The notes beneath the pieces were generated by a model. It saw nothing but the letters and a program-made list of their open reading frames with translations, had not been told where the DNA came from and did no database searches. This document shows positions 1-11,291 of a DNA stretch of 64,000 bases, in pieces. Source of the stretch: Carcharhinus longimanus (lineage: Eukaryota). Position 1 is the stretch's first letter; the number at the start of each line of letters is the position of its first letter. The position numbers were made by a program, and so were the translations under genes. The stretch is taken from the NCBI GenBank assembly GCA_030264375.1, contig JASCQW010000072.1, positions 28,730,789 through 28,794,788 on the forward strand. Direction: 5' to 3'.

Positions 1-127
1 AGGTTTATGGACGAAAAGGGATTGGTTTAGATTAGTGGGTCAGTGTTTTTTTTTAAAAAACTGGTCGGCGCAACATCATGGGCCGAAGGGCCTGTTCTGC
101 GCTGTAATGTTCTATGTTCTATGTTCA
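1..127 (+). mobile_element. CR1/HER1-type LINE 3' end
   Basis: gggccgaagggcctgttctgcgctgt hairpin followed by (gttctat)n tail. Confidence 0.8.
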
Positions 128-381
128 AACTGTAGACAGTTCAGAAAGACTACATCATAACCAATTCCGACCTAACTTAAATCTAGAAGGTAGGCTGAAT
201 ATTGCCCATTCTATTTTCCTCCAGGTCCAAGTTATACAAGGACCACAGTGCCTGTAGTCAGAAGCCAAAATATTTATCGTGTAGTTAACATCGTGGTATA
301 AAAGATTCTTAAAATATGACAAAACATATCCGGAACATATCTAAGCTTCACTCTTTACATGGCAGTCTTTCTCACTTCCAG

Positions 382-590
382 GTATCTATTGTAGACATTT
401 ACAATGAAGCTATTCAAGATCTTCTGTCAAAACAGTCAAACACTCAGTTGGAGATAAGAACCCAGGGAAAGACTGTTGTCATCCCTGGATTAACAGAAAT
501 TGAAGTGAAAACTGAAGATGACATTAAGAGAGCGATGCAGCTTGCAAACCAAAACAGGACAGTTGCATTGACAAAGATGAACTCTGAGAG
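382..590 (+). CDS. Kinesin-14 (KIFC3-like) motor domain, internal exon A; the gene starts upstream of the window
   Basis: cag|GTA acceptor and AG|gtacaa donor; translates VSIVDIYNEAIQDLL...PGLTEIEV...NRTVALTKMNSE, matching kinesin EIYNE/DLL and NR...T.MN motifs. Confidence 0.92.
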
Positions 591-857
591 GTACAATGTA
601 ATAAAAATAAACCATCCCACTAGTTAATGTAGTCAACTCTGTAATTTGAAATACAATTCTGTATCCACCGAATACCGCTTAATAAGGGGAGATGGTAAGT
701 GTTCACAAATGATTTTTCTTGTTCTTATTATATTCTTAGTGATAGAATCAATTTATTCATACAAGGAGGTTAGACAACGGAATTGCCTACTCTAATTTCA
801 TTTTTTCATTCTCTCTTCTCATATACTAATCTAATCTAAATTGGATTTAAAGGATGC

Positions 858-1158
858 TATAGAATCATACAGTGCAGAAAGAGGCCATTCAGCCAATCAA
901 GTCTGCACCAACCACAATCCCACCCAGACCCTATCCCCACAACCCCATGCATTTACCCTAGCTTGTCCTCCTGACACCAAGGAGCAATTTAGCATGTCCA
1001 ATCCATCTAACCCACACATCTTTGGATTGTGGGAGGAACTCGGAGCATCCAGAGGAAATCCACACAGACACATGGAGAACGTGCAAATTCCACACAGACA
1101 GTGACCCAAGTGGTGCTGTGAGGCAGCAATGCTAACCATTGTACCACTGTGTCATCCC
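858..1158 (-). mobile_element. HE1-type tRNA-derived V-SINE
   Basis: Reverse complement has the tRNA-like head (agtggtacaatggttagcattgctgcctcacagc), central tgtgtggaatttgcacgttctcc domain and CR1-like tail. Confidence 0.85.
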
Positions 1159-1549
1159 TATGATCTCTCTCTGTGGTCAATTGTTGTAAAAGTTGCTGCC
1201 CCTGTCTAAGTACAATCAATGTACCTTCTCCTATTTATTAGTAAGAACCCTTGATTGCTGCCCCGATCTTGTTAACGGCTTGCCAATTTGCAGAAGAAGA
1301 CTTTACCTTCTCAAAACCTTCCATAATCTTAAACTCCTTTGAGTTCCCTTTTAACCATCTCCGTTCCAATGGAAAAAAATCCTAATTTGGATCCATTCCT
1401 CAGAACTAGATTTCATCCTGATATCCTATTGAATATTTCCTTTGCAGAAAATGGCAGTTTTGGGTTTGCGATAAAACTGTCACCTCAAGCTTTCAGCCTT
1501 AAATCATTCATTTATGATATTGATAGTTGGATGTGATTTGTCCTGTTTT

Positions 1550-1832
1550 CAGCACAGTGGTTAACATTATGCCTCATTGTGCCAGAGACCCAGGTTCAAT
1601 CCCTGACTTAGGTCATGGTTTGTGTGAAGTTTCGACGTTGTCCCTGTGTCAGTGTGGCTTTTCTCCAGGTGCTCTGGTTTCTGAAAGATGTGCTGATTCA
1701 GTGCATTAGCCATGCTATATTCTCCCTCAGTGTACCAGAACAGGCACTGGAGTGTGGCAACTCGGGGATTTTCACAGTAAATTCATTGCAGTATTAATGT
1801 AAGCCTACTTGTGACACTAATAAAATCAACTT
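1550..1832 (+). mobile_element. V-SINE with alternative 3' tail
   Basis: Same head and core as HE1 but tail ggggattttcacagtaa...aagcctacttgtgacactaataaa. Confidence 0.75.
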
Positions 1833-2084
1833 TAAATTCTTCAATGCAGTCTTTTTTGGCAAACAGTAGCAAGATGAAGCAACTGTGTCAGGCTAGCTAT
1901 GCCACTCAATATACTTTGCTGGCTTATAAACAATATGTTCTATTGCATTTGATGACAGCTTTCCTCTTCTGTAAACTCACAACAAAGAAAACTGAATTGA
2001 ATTTGGAATTGGAAATTTGTGATGTTGGTTATTGTACATTTTATAGAGTACCATAATATAATAATTCTGCCTTTTAAACACATA

Positions 2085-2700
2085 GGACAGAATTTTCCTG
2101 GGATTGCACAAAAATAATAGGGAGCCTCATAAGGATGGCTCTTTGGTATTGTCCTGCTACCAGGAAGTTTCCTAGGGCAGTCTGCAAAACAAATCGGCTG
2201 CCTGCACCAGAGGCTGGCAGTCAGTTGTGATCATTAAAGCCTCAATTAAGATGATTATCCCAGCTTGCCAGCAGTGGAGCATCCAACCTCCCACCATGTG
2301 CCGAAGCCACCAGCTTAATGGGGACAACCTCCGAGGAGGTCACCTGAGCCAGATATCCCAGAAAGAAAGGGGCCGGCGAAGGAAAGACTGGCCTGTGTCC
2401 CCATCAAGTCATATGGAGGAGTTTTCCCACCAATCATACCTGCTGGCTTTCCTCATATTATATTTCATTTCACCCCCTACTGACTCTTACCTGCCTCAGC
2501 AGTGCCCAATGGGACCGCTGATTTCTAGAGGTGTCCACCCTCTAATTGGTCTAACAGTATCTCAATCCCAGAAGGATTGCTGTGCTGGTCTCGCTGCCAG
2601 CAAGTGCGGACTTGGAACTTCACTTTGTCCCAACAAGGGGGTTTCAAAGCCTGCTGTAACATTCCACCTATTACTGAGAAGTATCTGCTACCTGTTAGTA
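2085..2700. mobile_element. Decayed non-autonomous DNA-transposon-like repeat
   Basis: GC-richer block beginning ggacagaattttcc; resembles blocks at 4600-4945, 15850-16300 and 45415-45990. Confidence 0.35.
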
Positions 2701-3356
2701 CACTTTGTGCACCATGAGATGAGGAGTTTTAGTTATTGGAAATGGAGTATAGACTTAATATGACCATCCAGCGTCAGTATAAAACTTTAATGTCGGACAA
2801 GGTGCAGTTACATAATCTCCTGCTATTCTGTCATAATACAACCTCTGAAGAGTAATCTTTAAAAATTGGGCAATAAATCTTGGACGAGTCAAGACTGCCC
2901 ACACCCCGTGAAGGAAGATTTTTTAAAAAATGAACGAAAAATACATTCGGGGGCTGTCATTGTGCTTTTGCTCACTGAAAACAAAGTTGAAACTTTCCAA
3001 AGTCATTTCATGAAAGAGTTTTGCAGTCAATTGACAAAGGAGATTTTAATTTTATTAAGTGGAATGGATTAAAAACAGGACCAAAGTGCTAACCCTGTGT
3101 ACTCAGCTCTCAACCTTGCTCACCTGAGGGCAGACAATTTAAATGGATTGAAAACTATCTCAATGAGAACACATTTCTCTTAATAAAAGGAAATTATCTC
3201 AGCGGGGGTGGGAGGGGGATGGGGGGATGAACGTAAGAAAACACAGAATGAGGAAAATGTGCTCTTTACAGAGAACATTTTACAACCCGCCATATAAAAT
3301 TTATTGAATGATTTCCTTAACCACAGGTAATCATGTGAAACTCCAACATTTTTTGC

Positions 3357-3675
3357 CATCATAGAATCATAAAATCTACAGTGCAGAAAGAGATCATTTG
3401 CCCCATGGAGCCTGCACCGACAACCAATCCACCCAGATCCTATCCCCGTAATATATTTACTCTCCTGGTCCCTCTGACACTCAGGGGCAATTTATCATGG
3501 CCAAACAACCTAACCTGCACATCTTTGGACTGTGGGAGGAAATTGGAGAACCCGAAGAAAACCCCATGCAGACACAGGGAGAATGTGCAAACTCCACACA
3601 GCCAGTGATCCGAGGACAGAATCAAATTCAGGTCCCTGGCGCTGTGAGGCAGCCACTGTGCCACCGTGTCACCAT
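3357..3675 (-). mobile_element. HE1-type V-SINE
   Basis: Full head, core and CR1-like tail on the minus strand. Confidence 0.85.
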
Positions 3676-3977
3676 TCTTCCAGTCAACATCTTCACTATT
3701 AAATCATAACCATATCATGCAGATGGCATGTGCATGATCTGTGAATGAGCTGAATTACTTTATGCCATTTATTCTGCAGGACTAATTCAAGTTTGATCCT
3801 CTTCAAGCTCTTAAATTCTTTTGATCTACCTGCATAAATTTCCTTTATTGTTGTCACGTGAGAAATAGTTACATAGTTACGCATAACTTCAGGAAAGGAC
3901 ATTCAGCCATTAAGCATTTTTACAAACCAGGTTGTTACAAAACTCTAATATCCATGTCCTTTCTCTTTGACCTCCAG

Positions 3978-4164
3978 TTCATGTTCTCATCTGCTGCTAA
4001 TACTACATGTAACAGGAGTGGATGATGTCTCTGGGGCCACATACCGTGGCACACTCACACTATGTGATTTGGCAGGATCAGAGTGTATCTCCAAAACAGA
4101 AGCTACTGGACAGAGACTTGTAGAAGCAGCGGCCATTAACAAGTCCCTGACTGCGCTTGGACAA
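3978..4164 (+). CDS. Kinesin-14 exon B (switch I end, switch II, alpha4)
   Basis: ctccag|T acceptor and CAA|gtaaat donor; phase 2 joins exon A; SSCSHLLLILHVTG...LTLCDLAGSECISKTEATGQRLVEAAAINKSLTALGQ. Confidence 0.93.
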
Positions 4165-5274
4165 GTAAATGTATTTTGTATTTGCAAGCATACTGTTGTA
4201 AGCTACCAACAACTTATTGAAATGTTGCTTGCCTGTTTTTATGATTTGGGGTTGCTGATCTAATTAAATATTTAGAAACAAATTTGACTCGTTGAAATTT
4301 TGGAATGTAAATTGGAAATTCATTCATATCAGGCAGAGTAGTTGCAATAAAAGATACAAGATTCTTCAGAAGTAGAAAAGCATGGGGCTGAGTCTTTAAC
4401 CAGTGGTTGGGAACCAGACATTGCGGGATCATTATGGATTCCAACTCCATGTATTGTACATTACATCCACCGTTATTTTCAAAGCTCCAGCCAATGAAAG
4501 GCTATAGAGTGAGCTTGCCATCCCCAACACTTAGAGATTGGCAGCTCCATTGGATGAGGTGGGAGATACAGATGTGAAGCAGCAGACAGCCAGGTAAAGT
4601 TAATTCAATTTTTCTAAATGCCACTGTTGCTTGGCAGTGATCCTGGAAGGACATTCTTGGAGCATTGTGCCCCCAGTTCCTTTCTGCCTGAGCCCACCGT
4701 ATTGGCCTGAATTGGGAACGGCCTGTGTTGCATGAGGACAAAATCTTAAAAGACCATTAAATCTAATTTGCTTCAATTGAGTACCCGCTGTTTGCTGGCG
4801 GACAGCCAATCGGCACTGAGTGTCTTCTCTCAAAATGGCTTGGCATTGGATTCACGGTGGGAACCAGCACAAAGACCAGAGGCACAAACTTGCGTGCCCG
4901 CCCACCACTGATCCAGACCTCGATCTTCCTAAAAATTCAGCTCATAATTACTGATAATTAATAGAATGTAGTTAATGTGTGTTGCCATCTTTACAAATTT
5001 AATTATTTTCCCTCTTTGACGAAGATGGCAAATTCACCTCATTTTCTATAGTCTAAAATAAGGCATAACGCACTGAAAAAAACCTTCTGTAATACACCAC
5101 CTCCTGTCAATGTGGTTATGTTTAATCATGGCTGCTCAATTAAATTTGCTTCATCTCTTGTTCCTGATGGCTTGAAGATGAACAAACAAATATTGTAATG
5201 CAATATTAGTTCTTATATTTCCTTTCCTCCATGTAAAGTGAGGTAGTTAAGATAACAAAATAAATCAAAATGAC

Positions 5275-5340
5275 AGCGCGCAAGAAACAATACTTTTCAC
5301 TGTTTGCTAATGCATGCGACAATAATAAATCAAATCAAAT
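5275..5340 (+). mobile_element. Short LINE 3' tail
   Basis: caagaaacaatacttttcactgt...gacaataataaatcaaatcaaa, shared with 31480-31540. Confidence 0.65.
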
Positions 5341-5581
5341 ATCCATTCTCTTTTTGGCAAAACTGGATTTACTGTAGGATTGATTACTTGCACACTGAGG
5401 CCTTTACACCAGTTTTATCTATCTATATATGCAACTTCCCTTTACCTGTATCTTTCTCGAAAGTAGCGTCAGACCTATTCAACAATAAAATCTACCCATT
5501 TTTACATTTTGTCGTAAAAAGAGAAATGTCATGTCAACATGTTTTGCAACTGATTTGATTCTGTTCCTCCAAATTTTGTAG

Positions 5582-5677
5582 GTTTTTATAGCCTTGAAGA
5601 GTAATGCACTTCATGTGCCATATAGAAACTCCAAGCTCACACATCTACTTCAACCAGCTCTTAGCAGAGATGCCAAG
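5582..5677 (+). CDS. Kinesin-14 exon C (microtubule-binding HVPYR motif)
   Basis: tttgtag|GTT acceptor and AAG|gtaatg donor; 96 nt, phase 0; VFIALKSNALHVPYRNSKLTHLLQPALSRDAK; absent from the ORF track. Confidence 0.93.
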
Positions 5678-6339
5678 GTAATGTGTAATTGAGACTTATC
5701 TTTTGTTTATTGAATAATGACTAATTAATATACATTTGTTTCTTTGAATAATGTTAAAAATACATTATGAAATAATTAAGGAATAAATTATTTAATCCAA
5801 CTGCTCGCATGCCCCTCCATTTCATTTCCAGGCAAGCTTCAGTAATAAATGATGAATTTGCTACACTTGTGACTGATTATATTTTAAACCTCAGAAAGAT
5901 CAAGGTGGGAGGTTGGGCAAGAGATGAAGCTGCAATCTGGTTAGTCTGACCACAAATTAAATAGTGGCCTTTGTCATTTTGTAGATAATGGGTGATCAAA
6001 TCTTGACATTACCAGTTTCAACATCAATTAATGGAATTTCTGGAATGGCAAATTGGGAGTAATGCACCTTCATTGCATGCAATCACTTTTAACTCAGGTT
6101 GTATGGGAAATGGCAAATCATTGATACAAAATAAAGCTGCTGTAAAATGTCTCTTATTACTGGGCATGAGTAAAAAGCTGAAGTGATGTTTAGTAAGTCT
6201 GTGGGGTGACAATAAATGGCCAATTCCCTGCATGGTAACAGTGGATATGTCATGTACTTGATATATACCAGTTAGACTATCTGAATCCCTTTAATCTGAG
6301 TTCCACTATGTCACAACAATATGACTGCCCAAGGCAAGT

Positions 6340-6582
6340 ACAAGGCAAGTTTTTTTACACAATGGCGGGTGCCTGGAATTTGCTGCTGGGGGAAGTAGTG
6401 GAAGCAGATATAAAAGTGACTTTTAACAGGCGTCTTGACAAATGCATGAATAGGATGGGAATAGGGCGATATGGTCCCCAAAAGGGTAAGGGATTTTAGT
6501 TCAGATGGGCAGCATGTTCAGTGCAGGCTTAGAGCACCGAAGGGCCTGTTCCTGTGCTGTAATTTTCTTTGTTCTTTGTTCA
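6340..6582 (+). mobile_element. CR1 LINE 3' end
   Basis: FF.....AWN.L..EVVEA....TF...LD C-terminal motif, then gaagggcctgttcctgtgctgt and (ttctttg)n tail. Confidence 0.8.
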
Positions 6583-7291
6583 AAACATAGTTAGTAGGCA
6601 TTGTGGACATAATGTTCTGTATCTCCTTGAGCATGATCGCTTACAATATTCTAATTTATTTTGCATTCCAATGTAGCCAACAATATTTTTTCTAGTTTTC
6701 TCCCACTTCCAGTGCACATGAATTCAACTTTTTTTTCTCTCATTCTCACCTACTCCCTCTCTCCTTCTCTCACTCCCACTTTTACTCCACCCCCTCAGTG
6801 ATCTCAATAGTTAAGTGGTTAGTTTCCATATATTTGTTGGCAAAATCCAGATCTACCTCTTCCCCGACTGTTGATTTATAAAGGTAATTTTTGTGTGTGT
6901 TACTAGATTGTCTGTATGATATCATTGGTTAGACCAAAACCATTTCATTTACCATCACCAAAAGCTTCATCCCCTGTCCCCAGCTGTTCGTTTAGGTTTA
7001 GACATCCAAGCTGAATTTTCCTGCTGTTGAATGTCAGGAAGTGCGGTGATCTTATTCAATTCCTATCAAAAACAGACCCACAGCTGAACTGAATTTCGAA
7101 CCCCATATCCTCGCTTTCCTCAATACTTCATTCTACCTCTGCAATTTTGCAGTTTGCACTCTACCGTTGGACTTGTTCAATGTCAATTTTACTTCTAGAC
7201 TTGACTCCTTCAATGCTTTCTTCATTGGTCTTCCAAAATGCACAAATGCCAGCTTATCTAAAACCCTACTGCTGACATCCTCAAGACACTA

Positions 7292-7506
7292 GGGGCGGGA
7301 TTTTCCAGACCTCACCCCCTCCTCTCATGGTAGGGGCAGCTCATCATTGGCCTCTCCACGTGGGTTCTTCTGGTCCTGCTGATGTCTGTGGAGCTTTGCG
7401 TGTCTTGCCTGTCCCACTGCTGGGGAACCTGCCAGGAGGAAGCAGGGGGGCTGCCTTCCGCAGGACCAGAATATCCCACCAGCAGGCAGGATTGGAAAAT
7501 CTATTC
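7292..7506. mobile_element. MITE with imperfect terminal inverted repeats, inserted in an L2-like fragment
   Basis: gggcgggattttcc at the left end and ggaaaatctattc at the right; related element near 54215-54410. Confidence 0.5.
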
Positions 7507-7609
7507 AACCTTATTCATCCATCACCCCTGCATTCACTAACTCTTGTCTCTCAAAGCATCAAATTCAGAATTCTCCACCCATTTTATAAATTCTTCTACA
7601 GCATGAAAG

Positions 7610-7833
7610 ACTTGACTAACTGTAAAGACTCGCCTTCTAAATCAGTATTCTGTAAACCATGTGCGTGCCTTTATATGCACTGTTTGTGGTCAGAACTCCC
7701 ACTCACCTGATGAAGGGGCAAACCCGAAAGCTAGTGGCGTTTACTACCAAATAAACCTGTTGGACTTTAACCTGGTGTTGTGAGACTTCTTACTGTGTTT
7801 AACCCAGTCCAACGCCAGCATCACCACATCATC
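7610..7833 (+). mobile_element. Penelope-like element pseudo-LTR remnant
   Basis: Hammerhead core followed by aataaacctgttggactttaacctggtgttgtgagacttcttactgtg; the same sequence recurs twice at 25022-25167. Confidence 0.7.
7703..7737 (+). ncRNA. Minimal type I hammerhead ribozyme motif
   Basis: TCAC-CTGATGA-A-GGG-GCAAA-CCC-GAAA-GCT-A-GTGG; stem I TCAC/GTGG, stem II GGG/CCC, palindromic AGCT stem III. Confidence 0.7.
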
Positions 7834-7949
7834 ATCTTCACCGCCAGTGGTGGCAGAACCTTCAGCAATCTCACTCTTGCTCTCTAAAATTTCTTCCCTT
7901 AATTCTCCTCCTTTCTATAGTTCTTCCCAATTTTAAAATACTTTCCTTT

Positions 7950-8910
7950 TCATTTGTGTTTGGATGCGTGCATTGTTGTTATGATTAGCATTGCCTCTCC
8001 CAAATTACCCTCGAAAAGGTGGCGGTGACCACCACCTTGTGATAATGTTGTAAAATTATTTCCACAGTGCAGTTAGGAAGGGTGTTCCAGGACCTTAATC
8101 TAATTACAATGAAGCAACATATATATAATTCCAACTAAGTATGGTGAGAGACTTGGAGGGAGCTTGGAGTTGGTGGTTTTCCATATGCCTATTACTCTTG
8201 TTGTCCTGAATGGACAAGATCAAGGGTTTAGATGGGATTACCAGAGCAGCTTTGACCAGTTGCTGCAGTGCAGTGAATCTTACACAGTGAAGGGAATTAA
8301 TGTGTAAAGTGGTGGATTCCAATCAAATGTATCGTTTATGCTGGATGATGTTGAATTTCTTGAGTATTATTGGAACTGCACTCATCCAGACATATGCCAG
8401 AGAATATTCCATCATTTGTGCCTTGGAGATGGTGGACTGATTTTGTGGAGAATTAGAAGCCAAATTGCTTGCCCCTGAATTCTCAACCTTTGACATGCTC
8501 TTGTAACTGCAATATTCATGTGGCTAATCCAGCTAAATTTCTGGTCAATGTTAATTTCCAGGATATTGATGGCAGGGGTTTCAGTGATGGTGCTGCTGTT
8601 GGATGTAGCCTGGCACTTGTATGGTATGAATTTTACTTGTCACTTATAAGCCCAAGCCTAAATGTTGTCCAACACTTGCTGTGAGAGGGCATGGACAACT
8701 CCACATTTGAGGAGCTATGAGTGGAATGGAACATCACAATCATTACTGAGTATACCCTCTCCTGCCCTTATATTGGCAGGCAGGTCATTGATGAAGCAAC
8801 TGAAGATGATTTGGCCTAGCATACTATCCTGAGGAACACCAGCAGCAAATGTCCTGGAGCTGAGATGAACAATCACAACCATCTCTCTTCATGTTAGGTT
8901 TGATGCCAAC
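7950..8910 (-). mobile_element. Old CR1-clade LINE 3' fragment
   Basis: Diverged reverse complement of the family at 18135-18668 and 40240-40810. Confidence 0.6.
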
Positions 8911-8994
8911 CATTCTTTTTAAAAATTATCTTTCCAACATGCTTTTGATCACCTCTTCTACTATTGCTGAGTGAGCATTTTCTCCTACATGAAT

Positions 8995-9256
8995 ATCCTT
9001 GTGATAGTCAGCATGGATTTGTCAAGGGCAGGTCGTGCCTTACAAGCCTAGTTGAATTCTTCGATAATGTGACTGAACACNNNNNNNNNNNNNNNNNNNN
9101 NNNNNNNNNNNNNNNNNNNNNNNNNNNNNNNNNNNNNNNNNNNNNNNNNNNNNNNNNNNNNNNNNNNNNNNNNNNNNNNNTGGTAGGTGTTGACGTGATC
9201 GGCGCAACTCGTGGGCCGAAGGGCCTGTTTGTGCTGTAGTGTTCTATGTTCTATGT
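8995..9256 (+). mobile_element. Young CR1 LINE collapsed around an N-gap
   Basis: SQHGFVKGRSCLTSLVEFF reverse-transcriptase motif before the gap and a CR1 3' tail after it. Confidence 0.85.
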
Positions 9257-9379
9257 TTTCAATGTTAAAGGAATCTGCCATAGCCTGCAGCCATAACTGT
9301 GACTCAGAAAAGTAAGGTCAGCATTACCAGTGGCTGTGAAGGGGACTGTGGCCATGACCATTTATGCTTCTATTTCCTT

Positions 9380-10760
9380 ACAAGCTAGAACTGGGGGTAT
9401 TTACCACATCTCAGTTTGCCATCTTCTGTTGCATACAGGAAACCTCAATGGAAACTGGTTACATTTTATTGTCTCTTGCTGAAGAACAGCAGGCTGGGAG
9501 AGAATATATCTTCACAAAGGTTGCAGGCTTTTCCATGATACTGAGTACAATTGACTGCATGCACATTGCCTTGTGGGTGCCGCATATCAACTCTGAGTTC
9601 TACCACACTGAAAGTGTTTCCACTTTCTTAGTTTGTGTGCAATCATAGGAACAAATTATGCAGCAAAATATCCTGGCAACATTCAGGACACCTTCATTCT
9701 GCAGATGTGAGCTGTGCCGGCTGCATTTTAAGCCACCATGACAAATCAAAGGGTGGTTATTGGATAACAACAGCTATTCACTGACAACATGACTTCAGTG
9801 TGCTATCCATGCACATGTCAACAGTGTCCATTCATAGATGGCTCCAGGTAGTCTGAACTTTGGAGAATGAGGCAGATAATTGGGGTCTGAAAATGGACAG
9901 TGGCCCACAATGCACAATTTCCCAGTATCTACTCAATGTGAGGAGAGCAGTATGCCAACTTCAACCTGCTTGCTCATTCTCATGTTTGTATCCTGCAGCT
10001 AGTGTTAATCGCACTAGTGGTGGTTGCATGAGGATAGTACATTGAAGCTAGCTGGCACCTCTTAAAGGGAAGGTACATTGTAACTGGAGCAGGCAGAAGT
10101 CCTTGTTCAAACCACTTTGACTTGGAAGAGGATAAGATGGTAGCACAACCTAGGAGAGAGCATGTTCTAAGGAATTTGAACCCTGCACTGGAGAAGTGCT
10201 GTTTCTAAAAACGGTAGGAGGCCCAGATAGACATACTGTCAGAGATCAGATTAACATGGCAATCCATGGTAGAAATCAACACCCAAAGACTTGAATGCAT
10301 TGTGGGAAAATTTCAATAACNNNNNNNNNNNNNNNNNNNNNNNNNNNNNNNNNNNNNNNNNNNNNNNNNNNNNNNNNNNNNNNNNNNNNNNNNNNNNNNN
10401 NNNNNNNNNNNNNNNNNNNNAACCTTACACAAATGATCAAGGTCAGAGAATGTCATAGCCCATCAACTGCACTGCTAGACTCACACACTGCTCAATATAT
10501 CACACCCCTCTCACTCATTGACCAAATGTTTCCATGAGGAATCTTACTTAACATTCAAGTTAATGTATTAATGTACCTCACTCTCTCACACTTAGCACTG
10601 TGGCAGGTACCCACATTTCACAGGTTGCACACACTGTCAGCTATTGAACCAGATTACACCAAACAGATTGCATAACACTCACTAACATTTCCCTCTCCCT
10701 TGCAGCTCAAGGCCACGTACAATCTCAAACAAGTAGCAGCCAATCAGAAGGATTTAGGCG
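9380..10760 (+). mobile_element. Decayed PIF/Harbinger DNA transposon: transposase plus probable Myb/SANT-like second gene
   Basis: AGF...IDCMHIAL (about 9520-9575), YPGNIQDTFIL (9669-9701) and GWLLDNNSYSL (9751-9783) match HARBI1-type motifs; FNNLTQMIK across the 10321 gap. Confidence 0.7.
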
Positions 10761-11048
10761 TGTCTGATTTGCAGCAGTGACAGCATTTTTGTTATCAATC
10801 ATTTCTTGGAATTAACTGTTTATAAAAGATATTTCATTTAAAATCGGTACAGCATCAAATCATTTGGACAGAAATGTTATAGCAACATTTAGATTTGTAG
10901 GAACTTGGCACTTTAATCCAGGTGAACAGGTTTTCAAATCTCATGCCAGAATCAAGCAAAACACTCCTTGTGTAAAGTTACATTTTCTTTGACTATTTGT
11001 AGGCTTAAAGATGCAATGTGACTGAAGTTTTCTATTTTTACATTTCAG

Positions 11049-11174
11049 GCTTGTATTTTTATGAATATTAGTCCAGAAAGCAGGAAACTGGATGAAACAT
11101 TAAGTACACTTCAGCTTGGTGCCTTAATTGGGCAAACGAGTCTTGGAAAAAAACATACAGCACTTAACTGCTAA
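11049..11174 (+). CDS. Kinesin-14 terminal coding exon D
   Basis: tttcag|GCT acceptor; ACIFMNISPESRKLDETLSTLQLGALIGQTSLGKKHTALNC then TAA at 11172-11174; a motor ending at the C-terminus is the kinesin-14 architecture. Confidence 0.88.
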   Translation, partial: ACIFMNISPESRKLDETLSTLQLGALIGQTSLGKKHTALNC

Positions 11175-11285
11175 AACCAGCAATTGAAATGATTTACTGA
11201 GCTTTGCGAGGAACACTAGATGAATTAAATGCTTCAAAATGATTTATAAAACGTATTTTTATTCATACACAACTTTCTATAACTG

Positions 11286-11291
11286 AATAAA
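11286..11291 (+). promoter_or_regulatory. Candidate polyadenylation signal of the kinesin gene
   Basis: AATAAA about 110 nt after the stop codon. Confidence 0.5.

Noticed and set aside
841-1797. Many short ORFs with HCLCGVCTFS or NPHIFGLWEE peptides, also near 3381-3709, 23649-23866, 43390-43862 and 55560-55984
   Set aside because: They are translations of HE1/V-SINE copies, not genes.
2227-2763. Longest ORF in the track, 178 aa
   Set aside because: No recognisable domain or splice context; lies in a decayed repeat-like block.
3967-4263. Calling the kinesin KIF25 because of DLAGSEC, or KIFC3 outright
   Set aside because: Flanking sequence does not match my recollection of either gene well enough, so the symbol is left blank.
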